Sequence record: OM718002.1
Length of the DNA stretch: 64,000 nt
Strand: one strand, 5' to 3'
Part shown: piece after piece, positions 27,602-36,605 of the stretch
Layout: each line of letters starts with the position of its first letter
Numbering within the stretch: the first letter of the stretch is position 1
The notes under the pieces: model-generated
The model's database searches: none
Seen by the model: only the letters and a program-made list of their open reading frames with translations
What the model was told of the DNA's origin: nothing
Position numbers and translations under genes: made by a program

Positions 27602-27709
27602 TTATTTATATTTTTTCTTATGAGTGTGGTAAATATAGCTAAATAGCATACCGATTGACATTGATACAGCTACCATACCCACATAGAAAAGTTCATTACT
27701 AAGTTGCAT
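27602..27709 (-). CDS. Small single-TM peptide (35 aa, not in ORF track)
   Basis: [35 protein letters not shown]; GAGGA SD. Confidence 0.65.
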   Translation of the reverse strand: MQLSNELFYVGMVAVSMSIGMLFSYIYHTHKKKYK

Positions 27710-27770
27710 TAGATTTCCTCAAATAGTTTAATTTATCCCACCTAGTTTTAACCGTCCAGTCGGTTAAAAA

Positions 27771-27788
27771 GAGGACCCGAAGGTCCTC
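27771..27788 (-). terminator. cUUCGg terminator
   Basis: gaggacc-cgaa-ggtcctc with a T-tract on the minus strand. Confidence 0.8.
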
Positions 27789-27791
27789 TAA

Positions 27792-28031
27792 TTATTTCTT
27801 ATAACTCTCAGGGCATCCCATTTTGAGTTTGCCATCCTTTGGGTCTTCAGCGAATAATACTTCATCTGGACACTTCTTAACAGGAGTGTCCTTCGCCTTA
27901 TCTTCCCATTCTACAACAGGCATTTCTAATTTCTTACGAAATTGATACGTATCATAAAGAACATACGTAATCATTCCCATAAGAGAGATTACCCATACCC
28001 ATGCAACAATTAGGATGATTCTAGTTATCAT
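27792..28031 (-). CDS. Membrane protein with a two-Cys C-terminal segment
   Basis: N-terminal TM; KKCPD...MGCPES. Confidence 0.65.
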   Translation of the reverse strand: MITRIILIVAWVWVISLMGMITYVLYDTYQFRKKLEMPVVEWEDKAKDTPVKKCPDEVLFAEDPKDGKLKMGCPESYKK

Positions 28032-28398
28032 ACAACTCCTCGCCGACTATATTGAAACACCCATTACTGAGTTTTTCAGTCAGCATCTCACCAAGATCAC
28101 TTCCCTCGCTCTTTGCCAAAAGCTTAAGTGCGGGATCAGTGAGATTTTGGTATATTACATCGACATTATCCAATGCGATATTAATAGCGAGTGCCTTATC
28201 ACTCTGGTTTTTATCTATGGCAATGGATAGTTCATCTTGCAGTATTGCATACATCTCCAATGGCTCACCGCCATTAGTGTAGAATTGAACCATATTCTTT
28301 GCCAAGCTGTGCAGCACGTAGCAAGATGACACGGTTACGGGTTGTGCATTAACCGACATTGCTACCATAGTGATAATGAGCGAGAAGACGTATTTCAT
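28021..28398 (-). CDS. Secreted two-Cys paralog-family protein
   Basis: Signal peptide ending VNA; SSC ... NGCFNIVGE. Confidence 0.75.
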   Translation of the reverse strand: MKYVFSLIITMVAMSVNAQPVTVSSCYVLHSLAKNMVQFYTNGGEPLEMYAILQDELSIAIDKNQSDKALAINIALDNVDVIYQNLTDPALKLLAKSEGSDLGEMLTEKLSNGCFNIVGEELYDN

Positions 28399-28430
28399 CC
28401 TATTTTCCTTTTGAAAGTATTCGATATGAA

Positions 28431-28886
28431 TTAAATGAGTTCAACAATTACCATGTGAGTGAATTTCTCACCAATATGCTTCATGCAGTAATTGCCATAA
28501 TACCCGCTGATAAAAGCTGCCAGATTAGGAGTAGTCACATTGTAACCTTGACTACGGATATAATCATGGATCTCTTTACTGTTAAGGTCATTATTGATTT
28601 TATTAAGACTATTGAATACGAATGTTAACGCAATCCAATTATTGGTATCCAACTCATCTTTGAGTTTAGCAGAGTTGTTGAGCATAAGCACACCAACTTC
28701 ATCTGCGCTATGACCTTCACTCATTCGAAATACAGCTTGTTTAGTAATGGTTTCAACCATTGCACACGACTGCACAGTGAGTTGAGCATCTTTTTTACCA
28801 ATCTTGATTTCAGCCATTGCGGTATTGAACATGATACCGGTAATGGCAATGAGACCAGCGAAAGCTGCTGCAATTACATTTTTCAT
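28431..28886 (-). CDS. Secreted two-Cys paralog-family protein
   Basis: Signal peptide ending AMA; QSC ... NYCMKHIGE. Confidence 0.75.
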   Translation of the reverse strand: MKNVIAAAFAGLIAITGIMFNTAMAEIKIGKKDAQLTVQSCAMVETITKQAVFRMSEGHSADEVGVLMLNNSAKLKDELDTNNWIALTFVFNSLNKINNDLNSKEIHDYIRSQGYNVTTPNLAAFISGYYGNYCMKHIGEKFTHMVIVELI

Positions 28887-28903
28887 TTTAAATCCTTCTT
28901 CAT

Positions 28904-29287
28904 TTATTTAATGGTAAGAATAGTAATTTTTTCAGGATTTACTGGAACTTTAATTTTAGATTTATGTTGGAGAAACTCAACAACCACCATAGACTTATCC
29001 ATTTTATACACTTCACATACTTTGACAAGCCTATCTACTACGCAACCAATTTTACCGGCATTTTGAGAAAAGAAAGATTTTGCTTTTCTAATAGCCTCGC
29101 GTTTCTCAAGCATTTCCATACGCATATTTTCAATATGTTTATCGCGTTGAACACGATTAAACTTACGCATATGTCGTTCGATCTTACTAATTTCAGAAGA
29201 GTGTAATGAATAAGCAGCAGCTTCTTTCAGTTTCTCATATACTTCCACTGCCATTACCACGTGATCATCTTCAAAATTTCTTTTCAT
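28904..29287 (-). CDS. Hypothetical protein (coiled coil plus SH3-like C-terminus)
   Basis: ORF inside the secreted-protein operon. Confidence 0.65.
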   Translation of the reverse strand: MKRNFEDDHVVMAVEVYEKLKEAAAYSLHSSEISKIERHMRKFNRVQRDKHIENMRMEMLEKREAIRKAKSFFSQNAGKIGCVVDRLVKVCEVYKMDKSMVVVEFLQHKSKIKVPVNPEKITILTIK

Positions 29288-29300
29288 ATCTATGCCTTTT

Positions 29301-30095
29301 TCACTGTTTGATTAAATTTGACACTGCTTCTTGTTTACATTGAGTATTCATCCATAATGCAATGTCTTTGGGTTCTTGTCCAGTTTCCACCATATCGATA
29401 ATGATACGGGTATTACGTTGTGCTTTCTCACGGGCATTTAACATATCAGGATCATTAATAATGAATTCCCTACCCATAACTGGATCTAATCCAATATAAG
29501 CTTTAGATGCAATAGTTCTCACCATTGCTTCATATTGGTCACATCCACGTTCAGTTAATACAAGGTTATCTGCATTGGCACTACCGCCAAATAGCAAACC
29601 TAGGAATCCATAGAAAAAAGTGTGACGTATTGTCTTCCAACAAATACGCATCTCTTCATTTTTTGTATAAAGCTTTTCCCAATCAAACATTAAATAGAAA
29701 CTTTCTTTTTGGATAGAAGGGTGTAACCAAATAGGTTTAATACTTACTTCAAGAAGTTTACTATTTGGATTCTTACCGATAAAGATAACTTCAACAATGG
29801 CTCGTGCTAAAGCATCTTTTTCTTTACCATTCCATCCAAATTTTATTTCATCAGCCGTAATGTAAAGACGTATTCCATCACCCACGTATTTGGGTAACCA
29901 AACAGCTTTACCTAGTTGCATTGGAACACTATTAGGGATCCCCCCAACCATCCAGGTAGCATTGGTGAAATGAATAGCGACATCATCATTTAACCACTTT
30001 AGAATAGCTGGCCTTACCCAGCTATCTACCAAATTACCACATGTCAATGCAGCTAGCATAGCCATGAGTATAATGACAATATAAATACTAACCAT
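29301..30095 (-). CDS. Membrane protein; C-terminal part is a two-Cys paralog domain with an internal signal-peptide-like segment
   Basis: N-terminal TM; MRICWK...LFGGSANA then RGC ... TQCKQEA. Confidence 0.7.
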   Translation of the reverse strand: MVSIYIVIILMAMLAALTCGNLVDSWVRPAILKWLNDDVAIHFTNATWMVGGIPNSVPMQLGKAVWLPKYVGDGIRLYITADEIKFGWNGKEKDALARAIVEVIFIGKNPNSKLLEVSIKPIWLHPSIQKESFYLMFDWEKLYTKNEEMRICWKTIRHTFFYGFLGLLFGGSANADNLVLTERGCDQYEAMVRTIASKAYIGLDPVMGREFIINDPDMLNAREKAQRNTRIIIDMVETGQEPKDIALWMNTQCKQEAVSNLIKQ

Positions 30096-30098
30096 ATT

Positions 30099-30458
30099 CT
30101 ACTCCAAGTTAAATTTAGTACCAATTGCTTCAACACAGTTTTCAGCTAGCCTATCTAGAATAGCTCCATTGGTAAATCCTTTTCGTTTATTTACGCGAAT
30201 ATCAACTAAGTTTAATTTAGCATATACGGTACCTGCATAGAACTCTAAGTCATCCATATCCTTACGAGAGATCATATCTAACTGCATCATTATCTCAAAT
30301 TGGGATAGGTTCTTATCATAAAGCTCAGTTGCTTTTTGTGAAAGATTTACTGCCACATTACATGATTTCTTAGTAATACCCACTTCTACAGCGTGGGCAG
30401 GCTGACATGCAATGGACAGGATTGGCAGGAAAAGGAATAATAGCCAATTCTTAAGCAT
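30099..30458 (-). CDS. Secreted two-Cys paralog-family protein
   Basis: Signal peptide ending AHA; KSC ... ENCVEAIGT. Confidence 0.75.
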   Translation of the reverse strand: MLKNWLLFLFLPILSIACQPAHAVEVGITKKSCNVAVNLSQKATELYDKNLSQFEIMMQLDMISRKDMDDLEFYAGTVYAKLNLVDIRVNKRKGFTNGAILDRLAENCVEAIGTKFNLE

Positions 30459-30470
30459 GTTGTACCTCCA

Positions 30471-30878
30471 TTATTTTAGAGTAAGTGGTTTTGCTTCAAA
30501 CGCACCTGCCGCTACACAACGCTGGAAATAACCATCAATGATGAATTTCTCAGGAGTGGTCTTATAGACTTTAGCAGCATTTGTTGCACGTGGCAAACTT
30601 GCCTCAATTGCCATTTTATCTACCTTAGACCATAGGTAAAATAGACCAGTGAGTTCTTCAACTTTAGACTGGTTGGTCTTTAGATCTTTAGTGTTATTAA
30701 GGATATAATGAATCCTTTCATAAGTCTTCATTTGCACTTCAGTTACAGATGCACCTTTTACAAACAATTCATCTGCCTGTTTTACAAACTCGATGCATGA
30801 ATCACGATTAGTGTACATGACAGCCGAGTTAGCAGTGATAGTTACAATAGACAACATAAATACAATTACATATTTCAT
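30471..30878 (-). CDS. Secreted two-Cys paralog-family protein
   Basis: Signal peptide MKYVIVFMLSIVTITANS; DSC ... QRCVAAG. Confidence 0.75.
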   Translation of the reverse strand: MKYVIVFMLSIVTITANSAVMYTNRDSCIEFVKQADELFVKGASVTEVQMKTYERIHYILNNTKDLKTNQSKVEELTGLFYLWSKVDKMAIEASLPRATNAAKVYKTTPEKFIIDGYFQRCVAAGAFEAKPLTLK

Positions 30879-30904
30879 AATGAATTACCTCAAAATTAAT
30901 TTTA

Positions 30905-31168
30905 TTAACTATTGGTTTCACCACGAGTATTGAATTCTAAATCCAATACAACTTTAGTAAATTCTTCCAGTGCACCACCCTCGTAGATGAGTGGGTCACT
31001 GTCACCCCGGTACATGCTACCTACCGGTACTTGACCACGAAACACCATCAGCATATCGTTTTTTACTATGACATGATGTTCATCCCCGACAGCAATGTCT
31101 TGGATGTGTCTCCAGCGTTCACGCAGTAAGCTGCAAGCGCACCATACGGATTTCAAACGTTCAGTCAT
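30905..31168 (-). CDS. Hypothetical protein
   Basis: First gene after promoter 31202; GAGGG SD. Confidence 0.7.
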   Translation of the reverse strand: MTERLKSVWCACSLLRERWRHIQDIAVGDEHHVIVKNDMLMVFRGQVPVGSMYRGDSDPLIYEGGALEEFTKVVLDLEFNTRGETNS

Positions 31169-31201
31169 TGTATTGCCCTCTTGGTTATTAAATTCATATT
31201 T

Positions 31202-31209
31202 GTAATATA
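31202..31209 (-). promoter_or_regulatory. Early promoter TATATTAC
   Basis: Exact octamer about 40 nt downstream of terminator 31249. Confidence 0.85.
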
Positions 31210-31248
31210 GCTTTTTAAATAGTTTAAATACAAAAAAAGATAAATAAA

Positions 31249-31268
31249 ACCCTCCCCGAAGGGAGGGT
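31249..31268 (-). terminator. cUUCGg terminator
   Basis: accctccc-cgaa-gggagggt. Confidence 0.85.
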
Positions 31269-31286
31269 GTATATTAAGTAATTATT

Positions 31287-31943
31287 TTAACATACAATTT
31301 CATTATCAGAAAATAGTTTATTATATTCTTTTAGTGCATCCCCACCAACCATAGTACACCTGCCATAGAGAACAGATATAGCCAGATCTTTAATAGCGGG
31401 GTGACAATTATTTAACTTACTGATTAGTTGAGCTTTCTCAGTCAGATACAGTTCAGCAAAATCAGGCTTATCATTAACAATCGACCACATGTTTGAAATG
31501 GAATCTAGTAACTTAAGAGATTGACCACTCCATGAAATGCGAGAAAGTCTTTCATGTTGTAAACTAATCCTAGTTTTACGATTACCTTCGTAAGTTACAT
31601 TTGTTAGTTCAGTTACTAAATTAACAACAGGGATTGAGAATAGTTTAGTTAGATCAGAAGCAGTTACAGCAGTATCCTCAATTACATCATGTAACCATGC
31701 TGCTTTATAAGCAGCGTGAGATAGGTCGAATAATTGCGCCATCTCAGCTACTTGTAATAAATGATGCCAGTAAGGTTTTCCTGAACCATCTCGCAATTGA
31801 CCAACAGCAGTATGTGCCGCAATGGCATATGATGCAGCCATTGCATTACCCGCATTGGAATATTTGCCATTACCTAGATGGTTAGTTAAGAGAATATTCT
31901 CTTTCCCTCCTTCTAGAATATCGATAATTTCATTCATTAGCAT
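31287..31943 (-). CDS. HD-domain hydrolase, small alarmone hydrolase (Mesh1/SpoT-HD-like)
   Basis: H..Q.R.GSGKPY.HH, AAWLHDVIEDT, LV.ELT, LKLLDSISN. Confidence 0.8.
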   Translation of the reverse strand: MLMNEIIDILEGGKENILLTNHLGNGKYSNAGNAMAASYAIAAHTAVGQLRDGSGKPYWHHLLQVAEMAQLFDLSHAAYKAAWLHDVIEDTAVTASDLTKLFSIPVVNLVTELTNVTYEGNRKTRISLQHERLSRISWSGQSLKLLDSISNMWSIVNDKPDFAELYLTEKAQLISKLNNCHPAIKDLAISVLYGRCTMVGGDALKEYNKLFSDNEIVC

Positions 31944-31973
31944 AGCTATATTCCTATTTAAATTATTGGAAAC

Positions 31974-32408
31974 CTAATATAGGTCTTCACTAAATAAATA
32001 TTTAGTTACTAATCTATTTTCTAATTCAGCTCGATATAACTGATTATTATTCTTAGCGATAATTACTGCTTCTTCCCTAGAGTGGAAGTTTTCATACTGA
32101 TCAATAAAACCTTGTTCATGATCATCTCCTGCATATTCATGCAATACCTTAAGACCACCATACATTAGCTGTTGTTGAGTCATTATGATTGATGAATGCC
32201 TCGCTGCAATGAAATAAACATCCTTCCATCTATTGCAGGCGGCAACTATCCTTAATTTCACATCGGGATGTTGTTCCCACCACCATAGACCAGTTTCCTC
32301 ATTCCAATACCTTTCTTTCATTTGAGTTTTTCTAAACTCACCTTGTATGTCTAAAAGTCTAAATGCCTCTTCTTTAGACATAGCTTGTAGAATAGGATAC
32401 TTATCCAT
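31974..32408 (-). CDS. Conserved-looking phage protein
   Basis: IVAA...ARH...QGFIDQ...SREEA...LFSEDLY pattern. Confidence 0.7.
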   Translation of the reverse strand: MDKYPILQAMSKEEAFRLLDIQGEFRKTQMKERYWNEETGLWWWEQHPDVKLRIVAACNRWKDVYFIAARHSSIIMTQQQLMYGGLKVLHEYAGDDHEQGFIDQYENFHSREEAVIIAKNNNQLYRAELENRLVTKYLFSEDLY

Positions 32409-32437
32409 TTAATACAGATACCTAATTGCGAAATAGA

Positions 32438-32457
32438 AAGAGCCCCGAAGGGCTCTT
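32438..32457 (-). terminator. cUUCGg terminator
   Basis: aagagccc-cgaa-gggctctt. Confidence 0.8.
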
Positions 32458-32458
32458 A

Positions 32459-32815
32459 TTATACAAGTAGCTTTTCAATAGTGAAGCTTGTCCAGACCAT
32501 TGCCCTATAACCAACACTCTCTTCAGTATAAGTGATATCATCAAACTTATTAGGTGGCATGAAACCACGTTGTGTACTAGCATCAGTCACAACAAGATTA
32601 GAATCTTTTAAAGTTTCATTTAGAGCCTTAAGTTTATCCTTACTAATTGATCCCTTAACATGGAACTTAAAATAAGCATAGCCTTTATGATTGATACGAC
32701 AACTGTCAAGAACAGTTTGTTTATCATTCATTTGACTCATCAGATCACTAATAACTGCATCATCTACAGGAGTATCATCATTGACAATATTGATTAATTC
32801 AATATAAGTTGGCAT
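32459..32815 (-). CDS. Early protein, positional equivalent of phiKZ gp241
   Basis: AAGGA SD; identity inferred only from gene count between thymidylate synthase and the HD hydrolase. Confidence 0.5.
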   Translation of the reverse strand: MPTYIELINIVNDDTPVDDAVISDLMSQMNDKQTVLDSCRINHKGYAYFKFHVKGSISKDKLKALNETLKDSNLVVTDASTQRGFMPPNKFDDITYTEESVGYRAMVWTSFTIEKLLV

Positions 32816-32872
32816 TCTTTTTGTTTCCTTAATTAGATAAACTACATAAGATAATTTTTAATTGATATTCTA

Positions 32873-33772
32873 TTAAATTTTTAATAGGAGTCCACTGTGA
32901 TTAAATGAGATAATACAGTTATGTCCCATCATGGCAATATGATAAGATATTATATTATCACGTGTATCATTTGAAATCTTGTTCACCTTAAATTCATTCA
33001 TGATCGCATTATGAATGGCTAAGTCTTTTTCTCGATACTGCTTTGAGAAAAACATAATATCATTATGATTAATATTGATAGTATCCATTGTATTAAGAAA
33101 ATCTTCAACATCAAACTTTTTAATAGTTTCAGATTTTCCAACACAACGCTCGGTTTTATCAATTAATGAAAAACCAATAGTCCTAATTGGTTCATCCTTA
33201 TTATGGAAGCTATAATTGGTAATACTCATACCTACCAATAGTCCATTTTTATCTACATTAACTACTTTAGAATCAGTGTACTTATAAATATCATTGATTG
33301 CATAACCAGCTGAATATAATACATCTTTAAAATGACTAGTTACTTTATCAATAATAAAGTTTTGATAATCTGATTGATATAGTTTATCACTATATTCAAG
33401 CTTTTTGATAATATCACTTAGTTCATGATACACATTAGTAAAACTATTCGAAAAATAATTATCTTTTATTCCTAACCTAGTTAACAGATCTAGCTGGATT
33501 TCTTTTTTAGATAGTTTCGTAGAATTACTAAGTTTTTCAATGACGGATGTAATTGTACGTAGATCAATTGCTAGTGAAAGTGATTTAAAGATATTATTAA
33601 TTGGTGTATCAGATAGCTTTGAAATAGCTATTAGTAGATTATCTAATTCATCATTAGTAATTTTCAGTTCTTTCACAATGTCATTATATTCAATTAGTTT
33701 ACCATCAATAATATTACAGATTAGAAGTTTATGTAATTCTTTAATAGTGGTATTAACTTGTAGATTATTCAT
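32873..33772 (-). CDS. Hypothetical protein (N/K/I-rich)
   Basis: 299-aa ORF. Confidence 0.7.
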
Positions 33773-33792
33773 TTTTTTACCTTTTAGTTAAT

Positions 33793-34230
33793 TTAAAATT
33801 TATTTACAGTTCTAAGAAAATATTCAGATGGATCGTCGAAGAAGACAATACTATCAACAACACTATTTTGTCGAGTACACCTTACTTTGATAAGATTATA
33901 TTCTCTGAATTTATTAAGACCCCAAGCTTCTTTAGCACGATGGCGTAATCCACTACCAACAATAGCCCCATACCTAGTTTGTTCAACAAATAAATAAACA
34001 TCCCAGCCATGATGATTATCATGGTATTTTGCGTAGTATTTATTGTCTTTAGTTTTGTTTAAACTAAGACTATACCTTTCTGTCTGTAGTTGATTAATAT
34101 TCGATTTAATCATTTCATTTAATTTGGGTTCCACTATATGAATGACATCGCCAGCAGTAGTGGCCATTACCTTTAGTTTGTGATGCACGTTCGTAAGAAC
34201 GTCCTCCCAAATGTTAGTAACTACGTCCAT
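33793..34230 (-). CDS. Hypothetical protein
   Basis: First gene after promoter 34276. Confidence 0.7.
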   Translation of the reverse strand: MDVVTNIWEDVLTNVHHKLKVMATTAGDVIHIVEPKLNEMIKSNINQLQTERYSLSLNKTKDNKYYAKYHDNHHGWDVYLFVEQTRYGAIVGSGLRHRAKEAWGLNKFREYNLIKVRCTRQNSVVDSIVFFDDPSEYFLRTVNKF

Positions 34231-34275
34231 CTATTAAAACCTCGACACATTAATTTGATTTTGTAATACACACAT

Positions 34276-34283
34276 GTAATATA
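34276..34283 (-). promoter_or_regulatory. Early promoter TATATTAC
   Basis: Exact octamer downstream of terminator 34310-34329. Confidence 0.85.
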
Positions 34284-34284
34284 T

Positions 34285-34329
34285 ATCTCAAATAAAATTT
34301 AGTGCAATAGCCCTCCCCGAAGGGAGGGC
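34285..34329. repeat. 45-nt terminator-promoter cassette, identical copy at 48939-48983
   Basis: atctcaaataaaatttagtgcaatagccctccccgaagggagggc at both sites. Confidence 0.9.
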
Positions 34330-34341
34330 CATATGCTCTTA

Positions 34342-34671
34342 TTATCGATTAACTACACGATAATTATCAATAATAAACTCGATGTACTGTTCGACATCAT
34401 GTAAGAAGCAGTTGTAACTATACCGATCAAGTTTATTTAAAGCTTCAGTTAGAACTGGTTCGATATAGATATTTATTTCAGCTATTGATGGAATCTCAAC
34501 ATACTTGTTTTCATATTCGGTAAGCTGCTCCTTTACCTTAGCCATTTGCTTTTTGTAAATGTATTCCATCGACCATTCTTTATAAATGGAACGTGCCCCA
34601 TCAAAGAGATGGTAACCAAATGCAATACCACCAAGCACCAGAACACCAGTGGAAATAGTTGACATATTCAT
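34342..34671 (-). CDS. Hypothetical protein with N-terminal TM; single-gene unit
   Basis: Flanked by promoter 34708 and terminator 34310; AAGGAG SD. Confidence 0.75.
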   Translation of the reverse strand: MNMSTISTGVLVLGGIAFGYHLFDGARSIYKEWSMEYIYKKQMAKVKEQLTEYENKYVEIPSIAEINIYIEPVLTEALNKLDRYSYNCFLHDVEQYIEFIIDNYRVVNR

Positions 34672-34707
34672 GACATATCTCCTTTTTTCAAGATTGAATT
34701 CACATTA

Positions 34708-34715
34708 GTAATATA
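34708..34715 (-). promoter_or_regulatory. Early promoter TATATTAC
   Basis: Exact octamer about 40 nt downstream of terminator 34756. Confidence 0.85.
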
Positions 34716-34755
34716 CTGTTAAAATATGTTTGAATACAAAAAATAAAATATAAAG

Positions 34756-34771
34756 CCTCCCCGAAGGGAGG
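34756..34771 (-). terminator. cUUCGg terminator
   Basis: cctccc-cgaa-gggagg. Confidence 0.8.
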
Positions 34772-34799
34772 ACTTTATGGTGACTTTGTAAAAGACTTA

Positions 34800-35282
34800 T
34801 TATAGTTGAAAGTCTTTATCTTCTTCAATGATTTCATAACCTGGTAAATTAACTATATTTTTATTTAAACGAACTCGTTCATCTACTAGGTATTTAACTA
34901 CTTTAAGTAATTGACTTATCGACAGGTCATTATTTTCATCAGTATCTGATTTAAAAATACGACCACTGGTAGGTGAAGCATTCGTAAAACAAATACCTTC
35001 ATTATCTTTATAAATATCATAATACCATACGACATATGGATTATTGGTATTACTTATGACAAATACTAAAAACAGATCTTCATCATCACCTTGACCATTC
35101 AGGATCCCGATATTTTTTCGATGCGTTATACCACCTGTAATAACTAGGCCGTTGACATCATCACTGAATTTAAATATATCATACCCACCTTCAAGTTTAC
35201 CATTTTCAAAATACTGTAATAGCGCACCACCTACTACAGCACCCCATGAAAAGAAGTTATCTTTATTTAAATGCTCAACCAT
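34800..35282 (-). CDS. Hypothetical protein
   Basis: Start moved to ATG 35282 (GAGGA SD). Confidence 0.7.
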   Translation of the reverse strand: MVEHLNKDNFFSWGAVVGGALLQYFENGKLEGGYDIFKFSDDVNGLVITGGITHRKNIGILNGQGDDEDLFLVFVISNTNNPYVVWYYDIYKDNEGICFTNASPTSGRIFKSDTDENNDLSISQLLKVVKYLVDERVRLNKNIVNLPGYEIIEEDKDFQL

Positions 35283-35395
35283 CTTAAAAATCCTCTTTAG
35301 GTTCAGTGATCCGAGAATAAAGAACAAACATATCAGTTAGGATATTTCTATCTAGAATGGTACGTGTAAGTAAGATTCCATATTGAAATATACCT

Positions 35396-35403
35396 GTAGT
35401 ATA
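35396..35403 (-). promoter_or_regulatory. Early promoter variant TATACTAC
   Basis: One mismatch; same position relative to terminator 35424. Confidence 0.45.
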
Positions 35404-35423
35404 CAAATTATAAAACAACATAA

Positions 35424-35452
35424 AAAGAGAGAGGATAAATTCCTCTCTCTTT
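35424..35452 (-). terminator. Intrinsic terminator
   Basis: aaagagagagga-taaat-tcctctctcttt. Confidence 0.75.
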
Positions 35453-35468
35453 ATGCAACTAAATAGTT

Positions 35469-35591
35469 TTATTCTTTTTGCTTTTCTTTAGCTTCACGTT
35501 TAGCTTTGAGTTCTGCATTATTAAGCCGCCAAGCAGCTTGCATAGTAGCTAGATTGACAAACTTAGGCTGTTGCTTATTTTTAACTTTCAT
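35469..35591 (-). CDS. Small basic protein (40 aa, not in ORF track)
   Basis: MKVKNKQQPKFVNLATMQAAWRLNNAELKAKREAKEKQKE. Confidence 0.55.
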   Translation of the reverse strand: MKVKNKQQPKFVNLATMQAAWRLNNAELKAKREAKEKQKE

Positions 35592-35662
35592 TTGCTAATT
35601 CCAAATTTATTTCAAATGGTTAATCTAAACTATTAAATTGCTTCATATTCTTCATGCATAAT

Positions 35663-35956
35663 TTAATCCTCAGTCAGCGTAGTATAATCTACATAAAGAT
35701 CATTGAGTTGCTCTTTTAATGAAATATTTATTTTTAATTCATTAAGAGTAATCCTATTCCAATGTTTACGCGGATTACCACATAGCATACAACGAGACCT
35801 ACCGCAGTTAAACGGATTATGTTTACGCCATTTACCTTTAGCCTTTGCTGAAGGATTAGTGTCATTATAACGACTCTCGGCTAGTGAAACATAATAATTA
35901 ACTATACGAGTATTGTGATGACGATTAAGTTGTGCAGATAGTTTGTTGCTTGACAT
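35663..35956 (-). CDS. Basic protein with a putative Zn-binding Cys motif
   Basis: NCGRSRCMLCGNPRKH; GGAG SD. Confidence 0.65.
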   Translation of the reverse strand: MSSNKLSAQLNRHHNTRIVNYYVSLAESRYNDTNPSAKAKGKWRKHNPFNCGRSRCMLCGNPRKHWNRITLNELKINISLKEQLNDLYVDYTTLTED

Positions 35957-36055
35957 ATTTATACTCCACCTTAATACCCCTACCCCAATATGGAGTAGGG
36001 TAAAGTATGTAGTAGAGTAAATTTAATACATTAACTTTTAACATTCTAAACTTCA

Positions 36056-36556
36056 TTAATTTTCCACAATATCCTGGATGGTACGTAGACTTTCTTGCAT
36101 TGTCAGTAAGAAATTACGATAAGGTTCACTGGTGTCCAAAAAAGGTGGCATGTTTAACCTATTAGTAACCTCTTCTAGAAATTCTTTATACTTATAAAGA
36201 TTAATAGTGAATTTATTACAATCTGGATCAGTAGTAGTTGGGATAATATAATTACGAATAATGTAGTAAATATGAAAACTGCTACCATATTCAATTAAAG
36301 TATAAGGATTATCATCAATGAATTTCTGTGCTTCTTTTCCTTTTAAGGCGAAATCTTCTCGTTCAACGATTTCATGAAGTAGCGGCCCTAAGAATTGCAT
36401 TGGAATCACACCATACATTTTAGTGAATTCCTTAATATATTTATATGTTACTTTTGGATTAGGATATACCTCACGATTCCTACCAATATTTCTAACTAGA
36501 TATAGTTTTTCTTTTACTAAGATATTTTCGATGCATAGTTCATCTTTAAATAGCAT
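36056..36556 (-). CDS. Hypothetical protein
   Basis: AAGGA SD. Confidence 0.7.
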   Translation of the reverse strand: MLFKDELCIENILVKEKLYLVRNIGRNREVYPNPKVTYKYIKEFTKMYGVIPMQFLGPLLHEIVEREDFALKGKEAQKFIDDNPYTLIEYGSSFHIYYIIRNYIIPTTTDPDCNKFTINLYKYKEFLEEVTNRLNMPPFLDTSEPYRNFLLTMQESLRTIQDIVEN

Positions 36557-36605
36557 AAAATATTTTCCTTTTAATAAGATGGTATTAAACTTTTTTCTTT
36601 ATTGA

